This document shows, piece after piece, positions 37,001-49,492 of a stretch of 64,000 nucleotides of DNA; positions within the stretch are counted from its first letter, which is position 1, and each line of letters opens with the position of its first letter. Position numbers and translations under genes: made by a program. Under the pieces are notes generated by a model. That model saw only the letters and a program-made list of their open reading frames with translations, was not told the DNA's origin and did not search any database. The stretch comes from Paragordius varius (lineage: Eukaryota; Animalia; Nematomorpha), in contig OZ176058.1 in NCBI GenBank assembly GCA_964247055.1, positions 1,116,001 through 1,180,000 of the forward strand. Direction: 5' to 3'.

Positions 37001-40000
37001 ATTAGTTTTAAAATTTTAAGAAATTTTTTTATTTAATTCGTTAACATGAACATAATATGACAAAAATAAGAAACTACTATTTTTTAGGTATTCACGGACA
37101 ACCCGGAGAGCCTGGACAGCCTGGTAAATCATATCTTTTTATTTACAAAACACAAATACATAAAAAGTGTATAATCCCAAAAAAATTAATAGTAAATATT
37201 GCAATTACCGACAAAACGTAAAAATATAAAGACAATATTTTTTTCTATAAGACAATCATACTTTTTTAAACCTTATTTTAAACTATAAAAAACATTTAAT
37301 TAAAATTGTAAAATACACAATTGATTGTATTACCAATGACTCTCTATTCCATCTATGCAATTTCAAACAATGAGAGTTTTATTGAAATAATTCAAATTTA
37401 CAAAAGTATTATTGTCTTTTAGAAAAAAACATTTGTTTTTATATTTTTACGTTTTGTCCGATAATTTCAATATTTACTGTAATTTGTAATTTGAATTAAT
37501 ATATTTATTATTAGGTGGTGGACGAAGAATAGAAGGGCAACCTGGAAGGCCCGGACAGCCAGGTATATGTTAAACATTATTTTAATCTAGAAAAATATGG
37601 TCAACTTTTTTACATGTTAAAAATAACCCTCCAAAACTCTTTCTGATTATCGGAACGAAATTATTTTTTTATTTATTTTAATCCAAAACTGCTAAAGTCT
37701 AATTATTATTCCAGTGCAGAAATATCATTTAAACTAATATGTGTTAAATTTAGGAGGATATGGCTATGGTAAGCGTATTAGCAATTTATTTTTAACAATT
37801 TTAGCGCCTTATAATATAATTAAACTTATAAGAAGTTAAAATAGAAAAATTTTTTTTCGAAAAAACAATACTCGCTGTAAATAACACTTCGATTTAAATT
37901 GGGGTATCTAAATACCCCAGACAATATTTAAGTTGATATTTTTGAAAAACTACTGAAAGAAACGATTATCAATTTAGACTTCTATCCTAATATATTAAAT
38001 ATTTTGAAAAGCCAAAAAAATAAAATTTAATTTTGAAAAAAGAGCCGTACCAAACTGCTTCGACGGCATTTTTTTACAACATTTTTGAAAAATATCGTGT
38101 TAATTTGATTGTAAGGCTAAAATTATGTTTTATTTTTTAATAAATCACATTTAACATTAATAAAAATACATACTTTTTATATTTAACTATGTTGGCTAAA
38201 TTTTTACCTTTGGGTTTTACCTCCGAATAAGTAATATCGTGTGTTTTTGAAATTTTAACATTTCTTTATATTTCGGTTAATTAATGTTATAAAAGCGGAA
38301 AATTTTGCCATAGTTTAAATCTATTCCATATTTTTGATATATTTATGCTTAAACAAACTTGGGGCATTCAACGACCCTAATTTATCGAAGGACTGAAATG
38401 AATATATTCTATCCAAGTGTTAAATTAGTTTTAAAACTTTAAATATTTTTTCATGTAATTCGATGTTAGCATGAATATTATGTGACAAAAATCAAATAAA
38501 TACAATTTTTTAGGCATTCACGGACAACCTGGAGAGCCTGGACAGCCTGGTAAATATATAACTTTTTATTTATTTAAAACATAATATATATATGAAATAA
38601 TTTATATTAAAATAAAATTATACGGACTAAATGATAAAGAAATATTTTTTTTTCAAGACAACCAACTTTGTTAAATTTTTATTTTTAAATAAAACTGATT
38701 GTTTTAAATTGAAAAGTATAAAATAGAAATAAATTGGTAACACAATCAATTATGCGTTTTATGATTTAATTTAAATGATTTTTATAGGATAAATTCAAGG
38801 TTTAAAAAAGTATGGTTTTAGTAAAAATTTAGTTTCTCTTGTTTTCTATATAATAATTTTAATTTTTATTCCAAATATTTAATTTGATAGGATATGATAG
38901 TTATGGAGGATATGGTGGAAGGGGTAATTTTTTACCTACCTATTTTATTTCAATAATTTGTCAAAAATTTCAAATTTTTAACACTCTACAGCAGGGGTCG
39001 GCAACCTAGGCTTGCGAGCCTAGGTTGGCTCGCCGTGGCTTTTACAGTAAAAACTTATTTTATACGGACAAAACGTAAAAATATAAAGATAAATTTTTTT
39101 AAAGACAGTCAGTCATACTTTTTAAATCATGAATTATATCAATGTAACTTTTGTTTAAAATGACGAGTGTAGAATAGAGATATATATATGTTACTAATAC
39201 AATTAATTCTATATTTTACGATTGTAACGAAAAGGCTTACATATGAAAGATTAAGGAAAAGTATGGTGGTATTTTAGAAAAAAATATTTTTATATTTTTA
39301 CGTTTTGTCCGTATAATTCCAATTTTTACTGTATATGGCTCGCGTATAGTCATATGATACTTCATATTTTAGGTTTTTGATTTAAAAGGGGTGCAAAATT
39401 GCTTAATCATAGCCACATTTTCATTATTAAATAGCATGTAATGTTAAATTGTTCTCCATTTTATAAATATACCATTTGCCTTTCAAGATTGCCCTTAAAA
39501 CATGTTAAGTTGGTATTTATACACCTAAAGTTGGTCCTTTAAATTTTTTGTTTTGTTTTAATCTTTTATCAATCAATTCGTGTATTATTCATCTATTTTA
39601 TCATATTTAAACTTTACTTTATTTAACGCAAACTTTAAATCAATATCAATGTATTTCTTTATTAATTTTTAAAAATATTCTAATTTAAATGAGATTTTAA
39701 CAGGTAATCAAAAAATATAAGTTTTTTGGGCTATCAATAACAACTAATCATTTAGAACATTTATGATTCAATAATTTTGTTAAATTGGAAATATTAGTTT
39801 GCACAAAAAGGTGGTTTTTGAATAAAAAAATATTTTTAAGTGAATAAAAAATATATAATAAATTAAGAAATTTAGTTATAATATAATTAATGCATAAATT
39901 ATGGTTAAACTTGAAACTCAAAGGACCATGAAATGTTCGAGGACACTCTTAAAGTGCAAACGGTATTCTATGATATTGACAAATTATACGTGAGGACAAA

Positions 40001-41848
40001 ACATAAAAACATAAAGACAAATATTTTTTTCTAAAAGACAACCCCATACTTTTTAAAACCCTAATTTTTAATATAATTTATTATTTCAAACGATAAAGTA
40101 TGAGATAGAAATGTTTATTGGTAACACAATCCATTATACAATTTGCACAGTTTAAAACAATCAGATATTTTAAAATAATAATTCAAGATTTAAAGGAGTT
40201 GTCTTTTAACAAAAAAAAAATATTTGTCTATATATGTTTTTACGTTTTGTCCATAGTATAATTTCAATTTTTACTGTATATTATTTTAAATACATAACTA
40301 GTAGTTGTTTATAAAAAAATTTATGGACTAAAAGCGTTTATGATGAGTCAACCACAAAGCAATAAAAAAAGCGTAAAATGCAATTTTTATGGAGACTAAC
40401 TTTGACTTTTGAATACTAATTATTTTCACATGTCCTTTTATATATAAATCGCCAAATCATTATAGATCCTAAGCAGCCTGTTAAAACCAAATTTTTTTTG
40501 AAATATGTATCTTAATGTTGTATTTACAGTATGAGTAAGTAAATAAATATTGCTAGAAAGTTATTAATTATTGTCAAATAGTATAAGCAACATTGAAAGA
40601 GAATTATTATTGGCTAATAATAGAGTAAAAAGTGAAAAAAATAACTAAAAGCCAATAATACTGTCCCCTTTGTTGTATATGTTGCTATTTGGTAATAATT
40701 ACAGTCATGTATCCTTTAATTTATCAAAAATTTATTTTTTTCGTTAAATGGGGGTATAAATATTTGGTAAAGAATGGAAAAAACAAGAACTATGGTATTA
40801 ACAATATTTTAACCATCAAAAAGTATAAAAATTACCATAGAGCTCTTGTTTTTTTCCATTCTTTACCAAATATTTATACCCCCATTTAAAGAAAAAAATA
40901 AATTTTTGATAAAATAAAGGATAACATGACTGTAATAACTAGCAACGTATACTTACTCATACTGTATTTTAAAAGTTTTGACTTATACAACATTGGTGTA
41001 ATAAAATATAAAAATATCCAAAATGACCACATATTGTATTTTAGGTTTTTTGAATGCAAAAATTAAAAAAAAATTCTAATTGGATCATGTTTTTTCACTC
41101 CTATTAATAATTATATCATTTAATATGTATTTTTATTTTTATTAATAGGTGGCTATGGGGGTAATTTATTACAATTAAAAATTTAAATAATACTAAAACT
41201 TAACTGATAATTATTTATTAATTTTGAATTGTTATATTTCTGGATGAATTTATCATTGTATACTAAACTTGTTAGTAATTTAAATATTTATTACTATTCT
41301 ATATAGAACAACTTATAATTTTATGATTTAATCAAATATTTTATATCATACTTACTTTAATATAAAGGGAAATACGTAATAATATAAAGACAAATAATTT
41401 TTCTAAAAGACAACAATACTTTTTATATCTAGTTTTATATTAATATAAATCATTGTTTTAAATGGCAAATTCTAAATAGAGATATATAATCCTACAAAAT
41501 CACTTCTATATATTTTAAATTTATTACTAAATAACTTATATGAGAAAAATTAAGTATGGTTGTCTTTTAAAAAAAATATTTGTTTTTATATTTTTACGTT
41601 TTGTCCATAGTATAATTTCAATTTTTACTGTACCTTTGATATATATATATATATATATATTAAACTTGTTAAAACTAAATACTTGTTTTCTATAAAGAAC
41701 AACTTTTAATATTAAAATTTAAACGAATATTTTATTCTAATATTAAGGGAAAAAACGGCAAAGTGTTGATAAATCTAATGTAGGACCTAAAGGACCAGAT
41801 GCAGATATGGTGACAGGAACTATCCCGTTATCTATTGGAAGAAAATAA
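31072..41848 (+). CDS. Secreted Gly/Pro/Gln-rich repeat protein encoded by micro-exons, copy 1 (17 exons; 215 aa, or 200 aa from the second ATG at 31117)
   Basis: Exons: 31072-31177, 31935-31970, 33317-33364, 33569-33583, 34009-34044, 34445-34492, 34716-34730, 35481-35516, 36043-36090, 36315-36329, 37088-37123, 37515-37562, 37754-37768, 38514-38549, 38891-38923, 41149-41160, 41784-41848. All are AG/GT-bounded, and all internal exons are phase 1-1 multiples of 3. Product: MACFISLMIAALIFPIEVNS-CRGGQPGRPGQP-[GGGRRIGGQPGRPGQP-GGYVY-GIHGQPGEPGQP]x4 (with variants)-GYDSYGGYGGR-GGYG-GPKGPDADMVTGTIPLSIGRK*. Confidence 0.85.
34860..38420. mobile_element. piggyBac-like non-autonomous element present once per exon cassette (about 34860-35395, 36480-36995, 37884-38420; partial at 33590-33910)
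   Basis: Left end (T)AACACTTCGATT..GGGGTATCTAAATACCCC and right end GGGGTATCCAACTACCCC..CCAAGTG|TTAA. The orthologous copy is at about 62580-63110. Confidence 0.6.
40527..40964. mobile_element. CAGTATGAG-family MITE with a nested CAGTCATG fold-back MITE (40702-40932)
   Basis: Both TIR pairs are visible, and the inner element is flanked by TA. Confidence 0.85.
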
Positions 41849-44800
41849 ATTATTAGCTGGGGCGATATATATAAATTTTTCATTTTGGATTTATAACTAA
41901 TAGAATCAAATAAATAAATTTAGTATAGAATTTCTTTGCGACGATATATATATATAAATTTTTTATTTTGGGATTTTATGTAACCAAAAACATATAATCA
42001 AAAATATAAATTTAGTGTAGCATTCCTTTTCCGTTTAAATGGGTTAAAATGTTATTTATAAATACCATTTACGATTCTGATTCACTCGCAAACAATTGAG
42101 ATTCACCCTGAAATTGAATTATGTGTTTTTGGGAAGCTAATACTCATCATTATTATGAAATATCTTTATGGGAAATATATTATTTTTTCAATATTATTAT
42201 TTTTTACAAATAGAGTTAATTTTTATCTTAAAAAAACCATAATTTATTTAGGCTGAATTTGTTCATGGTTGATTTTGAATTTCTAAGATATTATATGTTA
42301 AAGTATACCGTTTCCACCATACTTTAAAATACCATAAATACCTAAATTTTGCAATACAATAATTTTTTGAGCAAATATCTATTTTTGAAAATACTTTTTT
42401 GATGTCAAAATTTTATATTTCAGTTTAATCTCAGCTGTTTGTTTGAATTATGCATTATGTCCCAATTTTAGTCTCTAAAGTCACAAAACTATATAACATA
42501 TAAGCTTTTATATCTAATTTGAGAAAAATGTTTGATAATTAATTTTAATTAAAATTACTTTTAAAACAGTATTGTATTTACAAAATTAAGGTAAACTAGG
42601 GCAAAAACGTAAAAGATAATGAAAGTTTTAAAAATATTTGTGTTTTAACTACATCAAATAAAATTTGATTACTAAAAAATCAATGTTGCTTATTACAGTA
42701 AAAATTGAATAAGGACAAAACGTAAAAATATAAAGATAATATTTTTTTTCCAAAAGACAACCATACTTCTTTTAAACTATTTTTTGCTAATTAAAATTGT
42801 AAATAAATTGATTGTATTACCAATGACTTTCTATTCCTTATTATGCAATTTCAAACAATAAGTTTGAAATAATTCAAGTTTACAAAGTATGCTTGTCTTT
42901 TAGAAAAAAATATTTGTCCTTATATTTTTACGTTTTGTCTATATAACTTAAATATATACTCTGTAAGTTGTAATGAGGTATTTTATCATTAATTTAACAA
43001 TTATAATATATTTAATAAAATAGAAATTTTTTATTTTTCTTTAAATTGGTTATATATACAGTAAAAACTTAAATTATACGGATTATTATTAAAACGTTTT
43101 ATTCCCTGTTTTACAAACTCTGAAAGAATTTATCAATAAAATAAAAAATTAAAAAAATTATTTAGCTTTATTTTCCCATGATTTCATTTTTAATAAATTT
43201 ATTATATTTGTTGTTCCAAAATGAAGGCAAAATTGCTGGATTTCGCATAACAATTTTTATTTTTTCCGTATGCACTAGACCACACGGTATCTAAAAATGG
43301 CTTCAAGGGCGGCATTATATATATGTATGGGCTTTCATTCCTAATATAGTATTAAAATTACACAAAGAAAACGGAAAAATAAAAAGAAATATTTTTTTCT
43401 ACATGACAAATTCGTATAAATCATACTATTTGATTGTGTTACCAATATCATATCTATTTTATATGTTGAAATTACCTATAATGTATTAAGTAAATTAATA
43501 TTTAAAAAGTATAGCTGTCATTGAGAAAAAGATATTTGTCTTTACATTTTTGCATTTTGTCCGTATAATTTTTTTAAGCATAAAATTATATTTTTTGTAA
43601 CCTATTCTAAAGACTACAGTACACCCCCCGACCCTCCTCAGAATCAAACTTATTTTTATTATTACACGTTTCTCCGTTTTTAGTAAAAACTGCTTATTAA
43701 GTGTTGATCGTTCGATGAACACAATCGTAAAATTCTGTTAATAAGCTAAAAAAAATAAAATTTAATTATTTTTCAATAATTTTAGAATAAAAATCTGAGT
43801 ATTATTATTTATTTAAACCGGCCTGACCGGATAATATATGCTGTTACTCGCGCTCTGGAATTAATAAATACAATCCCTAAATACATATATTAAAAATAAC
43901 TAAAATGGAATAGACTGATAATATTAATAACAACAAATATTTAATATTTTTTCTATAATATAACATTCACAATTCAAATTCACCCTTAAACAATTAAACA
44001 CCCTCGAACGATTCAAATTCAGCCTCAAATAAAATATATGTTATTTAAGCTTAAAAATTACTATAAAAAATAAAAAAAATTTAAAATAAAATAATAGTAA
44101 AAAAATAATAAACTATGCCATAAAAAATATTTTATATTATTGATGTGTTATATTAGTTTGAAAACACATAATTTTATAGGGCGAATTTGAGTTTGAACTG
44201 TAAATGTAAAATTTGGATCTCATACAATTAGTTTATATATATTCTTCATGGATATAACAGGTTTTCATTTTTGACTTGTTATTTATGAAAGCGGTAAAAA
44301 ATATACATGTATTTGTTTAATTCCATACATAATCTTATTATAAATCTTTCTAAAAGCAACATTTTATAAGAAGGAAAAGGGTAAAAACATGAAGGTGTTT
44401 AATCAATCGATTATTTCAGCAAACTTACGCGAATGTATCTAACTATGTTAATAGAGCCATGTATAAATCTTTTGTAATTCTACATTTTTAATTTGAAATA
44501 AAACTTGGGTGTACAATGGATTGTTAAAGGTTTAGATATCTTATGATTACCGCGTTTTTTGTGATACCATTTGTACCTTTTCCTTAAACGGTAACATATC
44601 ATTATTACACAAATTTTAGTTTAGGTTAATTATGAGTGTACCGTTTTAACGCGAATTGGGCTGAGGTTCAATAAAATAACCCAAAGCACCGAATGAAATG
44701 GATTATATAAAACCTTTTTGATTTGCCAATAATTGAGGCAGAATAAATTTTGTGTATAATAACTTTGATGAATATTTTTATGGTGCGTTCCTACTTCATC

Positions 44801-44943
44801 AATAAAATTATGGATTTTAATTTTGTTACTTTATTTGATGCATCAATGAATGAATATTTACACCTAAACTATGGAGCATAGCTATAGCAATATATAGTTT
44901 TTAATAAATTTATTTAAAGTTTGCGTATATATATAAGCTAATG

Positions 44944-47125
44944 TTATTTAAAACTTAATTTCTGGGTGACCGTTTGTACGGAATCGTGTATAGTTGAAAA
45001 CATAGCTATAACCTTTAGGTTTTCTTCCATTAACCTTTGTTCTTCCCTCTTTACCATATTGTTGTTGATATTATTATCTGAACCTATAGTAGTCGATACC
45101 ATTCGGTCTGGCTCCGGTAAGCTTTTACTTATCTCATAGCTTGATAGGTTGGCACGCAAAATTTTTGATTGTTTTTTTCTCGGTCTTTGCGATGTACTAG
45201 ATCTTAACAATTCCCTTGGCTCATTAATATAATTTTTTAAGGATAATTCTTGGGCAGGTGGCGGTTTTATATCATTTAAGTCTGCAATTGTTGAAGCGGT
45301 ACTGATACTGGTGGTACTACTCTGACTACCGTTACTATTTTTGGCGTACAAGTCGGCTGATGACGTTGAAGACACATGTTTAGTTTTTTCTGTATTCCTC
45401 ACACTATTTGTTTGATTGAGGGGGTTGTTTAGTAAGTGGTTGTCCTTATTCTCACTTTCTGTACAGAAAGCGAGCTTTTGTGGATCAGCAACTATAAATT
45501 CAATAGGGGTCATGTTTCTATCAGAGTCAACATTTAAAACAACTGAATGAATTTGCCTTACACTCCTTTCGTCGGGATCGAGAAACATGTCTAATGCGTG
45601 GGCGGTGGCGTTTGTTAAGGATGATGACTCAGTTTTTTTCAAAACTGAGCTTGATGATGGCAATGCTTGTATTAGCGGTACAGCATTATTTATACTCAAT
45701 ACATTTTCTTGCGTATTTTCTGCTTTAGCACTATTATTATTCTTTATTTTTGTCCTTAACTTATCAATGATACTTTGATTTCTATTATTATGGGGTGGCG
45801 GTTGTGAATATGAGTCGTGATTTTCAGAGTCCTCAGAAAATATTTCCAAATCTTGAACCAGATAATATCTCCGGTAAGGCACCTCCTTCATAAACACGCA
45901 AAAGCCCAACACAAAGGTAAGGAGAAACAGAAAGAGCACTAACAATAAAATTATGAGCCATCCTCCTAAGGGAATTGGTTCACGCTTTTCATGAAAATCA
46001 ACAGGACGAAAATCTAAACGAATATAATATATATATTATAAATGTTGTAAAAATAAAATTTTGTTTTTGCTACCAATGATAACATTGATAGTTAAAAAAA
46101 CATATAATTAGTAAATGGAGTTTCTTATTCAAATTAATTGAATAACCAGCAGTACATCATTTAAATTATAGTTTACACTTGTGCTATTTTATAGTTACTC
46201 TTGTTGTGCTAACCGCGTAGGTTGCTTTAATACCTTATATCTTTTTGTGTTACCAGTAATCAGTGTTCAATATTCTTGCAAAATTATTATTAATTTTACA
46301 CTTTTTTTATTACAAATTTATTTATGTTATACCTTTTCCTAAATTAGTAGGACTAAGACTTTGTTCCGGCAACGAAGTTGATGCCGAATGATGTATTAAT
46401 AATTTTTTATAGGCATACCTTTGGCTTTTATTTTGATAGGCTTGATTGAATTGCAATAATAACTCTTGTATTTCACGATCGTTATCCCTGTATACTGGGT
46501 TGACGGTTGTTGTTTGTTGGGTGTTTGCTTGGATAATGTTTTGTACAAGTAGTTCATTCCATAAACTTTGTATTTTCTCGTAAACTTTAGATGTGTTATT
46601 TAAGTTATTGACCATTTTAGAAGAATGTGAATTGTTTGACTGTTTATAAGATGGTTCTAATCCGATTGGCAAAGTGTCAGACCTGAAAGGTGCTGGTGAT
46701 TGCTCAAGAAGTATTTTTTTCACAACTCTGTTTCGTATTCGTTTGATGATATTCTTCTTTACCGTGGAATAGTTGTAGTTTTTATGTGGTTTAACCATGT
46801 ACTCTTTTGTATTGGAATGCCTTGCCAATATTTTAAGGAACATTTGAGTATTATCCAACTTATTTGTAACATATATAGCTTTTAGTGTGGGGGAAGTATG
46901 CTCACCAACTAACTCATTTGCTAACCCATTTAGGGCATTTATCAAATGATGATTACCGTTTGTTTTAATGTTTTTAAAATCTCTACCAAATGTTGTTTTT
47001 GTTGTATGGAGTAGGGATTTAATAATTTCAGCCTTAGAACTTGGTTTCGTAGAAGTAGCCATGCTACATAAACCAAAATATGCAATGACAATTAATAATA
47101 GTTTTGTTAATTGCATAGTAGTCAT
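44944..47125 (-). CDS. Orphan type-I membrane protein, copy 2 (620 aa, 2 exons)
   Basis: Exon 1 is 47125-46333 (793 nt, AAAG|gtataa). Exon 2 is 46013-44944 (cgtttag|, DFRPVDFHEKREPIPLGGWLII...). All indels relative to copy 1 are in-frame. Confidence 0.85.
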
Positions 47126-48647
47126 TTTTTTGATAGTTTTTTATTAATGCAATATAAATTAAGTGATTGTTGACATCATGACAAACGCAAGTTCTTTTGA
47201 ATTTGTAAAAGGCATTTATTATGAGCGGGTCGTCTATAATAATGACTGGATAAAAGTCGAACTTGACTTGTAAGTCATGTGTGGCAACTTGAGCAAGTTT
47301 ACCAGTAAATGTACACTTGAAGATCAGTGAAAACACTTAAGTCAAGTCTTTTGCTTATGAATGTAACATTTTTTTGCCATTCGAATTTCACGGTAATTAT
47401 TCTGATCATTTTCAAATTTATGAAATAAGGAATTAAAAGATAAATAATCAATTCAATATGCATTTATTGAAGTAACTTAAACTAGGTGACACGTATCTTA
47501 TTAATATTTTAGATATTAAATATTGAGCTCGTAACTAAAATTTTTAAGTTGATATGAACCCATTCGCCCTAAAAACAATCTATATTATTTTACCACACTA
47601 CTCATTTTGTATAGAGTCCCTTCGCAAATTTAATGGGAAGATGTTAATAGATTATCAACATTCTTATTTGATTATCGAAGTTACATTTTTGAGCTAATGA
47701 TGAAATAAACTCTTTACATGTTTCAATGGTGAAGTAACCTTTATTTATTATTTCATGTAAAACGATTCAAATTTAAAACATGATTATTATTTAATTATTA
47801 ATTTTGGATATTTTCCAGAATCAAATTTTTTGGGGGAATACGGAATTGATATTTACTATATTTTTATATGCATTGTTCTTAAATATTAGCAGAGTTTTCT
47901 AAAATATTCTCTTTTCTATCCTCCCAATTCGAATAGGATTCTGCCAATATCTACCAAATAAACAATTTATATCATTAACAAAGTTTTAATTGCATAAAAA
48001 GCCTAAATTACATACATAAATAGTTTCCAAAATATTTTTCTCCATATTTTTAAATCTGTCAAGCGTGCCCTACACCACACTTAAAAATCTTCATGTTTTA
48101 CTTGATAATATGATTTTTTTAACCTCCGAATCAAGTTTTCTTGCCTAACTTAAATTCTTAATTGTTAATTTTTCTCACATTAAAGCAAGCCATAACTTGG
48201 AAATCTTGCAGGCCAAGTCAAATAAAGTATTTTATTCCCCAACTATTATTATAACACCGTATTAGATCAAATATTTTCAATGTATACATGTATTACAAAG
48301 GATCCCTACGTTTTCCGGAGAATAGTTCCAAAGACAATTTCAGAGATCTATTTTATTTAAAACCTATCACACGGAATGGGAAATAAATGAAAGGATAGAG
48401 GGCTTGAGCATAAAGACATGACAATGAATGAGAAAAAAATGCTTTATTTTAACACTTCTTTACCTTTTCATTTTTTGTAAGAGATTGCATTTTGAGCTAG
48501 TTTTTTTCCCGGGGCTTAAAGCAATAATATTTTGTAAGATGTTCTCATGTATTTGAAAATTGTTTTGTTCGTACTAAAACATGTTTAATACAATTTTGAT
48601 TTATAAATATCAAAATTGACCGGTAAAGCTGAGAGCGTTCTACATCT

Positions 48648-49203
48648 AACACTTGGATACCACACATTCATGTCCTTTTATAGTTAAATACCCAAGAATG
48701 TTTAAAATTAAATACTTTCAAAAAAATGAAAGTAATCGAATCCATGACAAAAGTTTGCAGTTATATAACATTAATAAACTGAAATATAAAAAAATTATTA
48801 AAAAAACTAGATATTACTTATTTTAATGACCCAAAGGTAAAAATTTAGTCAACGTGACATGTGCAATGGTAAAATTGAAAAATAATACAAAATAAACCGC
48901 TTTTTCTATTTCTATCAATGTTAGATGTAATTTAAATAAAAAATTGGCTTAAATTTTGCCCTAAAATTAAATGGAAACGATGTTTTGCAAGAACTTTGTA
49001 TAATAAAAATGGCGTGGAAATAATTTGACATGGAACTTTTTTAAAAACAAAATTTCATTTAGATATTTTGGCATATTTATATAATCTTTATTAGGATAGA
49101 AGCATAGATTTAAATTGGGACCGTTTCCCTTAGTAGTTTTTTAAATATCATAACTCAAATTTAGTCTGGGGTATTTAGATACCCCAATTTGAATCGGAGT
49201 GTT
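48648..49203. mobile_element. piggyBac-like non-autonomous element (same family and orientation as 4342-4832)
   Basis: AACACTTGGATAC...GAATCGGAGTGTTTAA. The internal sequence matches the reverse complement of the intronic elements at 34860-38420. Confidence 0.6.
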
Positions 49204-49353
49204 TAACATGCTACTAAAAGCACAAAGCAAATTATTTTTCCAATAATTAAATATGTTTTAGATTTTTGAACTTTTCATCTAAAGTATTATATCCCCAAGA
49301 AGATAGTTTAACACTACGATTCGGTATCTAAATACCCCAGACTAAAGTTGAGT

Positions 49354-49492
49354 TAGGAATGATGGCTCAGTTTTTTTCAAAACTGAGCTTGATGATGATG
49401 GTAATGCTTGTATTGGCGTTACAGCATTATTTATATTCGCCACATTTTCTTGCATATTTTCTGTTTTAGCTCTATTATTATTCTTTATTTTT
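49354..49492 (-). pseudogene. Stranded fragment of membrane-protein copy 3 exon 2
   Basis: Homologous to about 23950-24090. Separated from the rest of the exon by the insertion at 49493-50738, and fused on its left to a truncated transposon end (49309-49355). Confidence 0.8.

Larger units (their letters stand above)
31243..43575. mobile_element. Cluster of ~260-290 bp Tc1/mariner-type MITEs (TIR CAGTAAAAATTGAAATTATACGGACAAAACGTAAAAATATAAAGAC) in and after micro-exon gene copy 1
   Basis: Copies at about 31243-31507 (truncated), 32594-32879, 33000-33282, 34118-34406, 35626-35890, 37200-37479, 38605-38870, 39045-39331, 39985-40276, 41365-41630, 42696-42963, and a partial copy from 43059. Long TIRs with TA flanks. 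Confidence 0.85.

Noticed and set aside
33317-38549. True fibrillar or cuticular collagen
   Set aside because: Gly-X-Y runs are only three triplets long and interrupted, and there are no flanking Cys clusters or trimerisation domain.
38992-39044. Complete hAT element starting CAGGGGTCGGCAACC (also 63727)
   Set aside because: Only one TIR-like end was found, with no matching right end or TSD, so it was not listed as a feature.
49153-49353. Apparent 200-bp TA-flanked MITE with perfect-looking TIRs
   Set aside because: The left arm continues into a larger element (48648-49203). The inverted repeat is two outward-facing ends of different copies.
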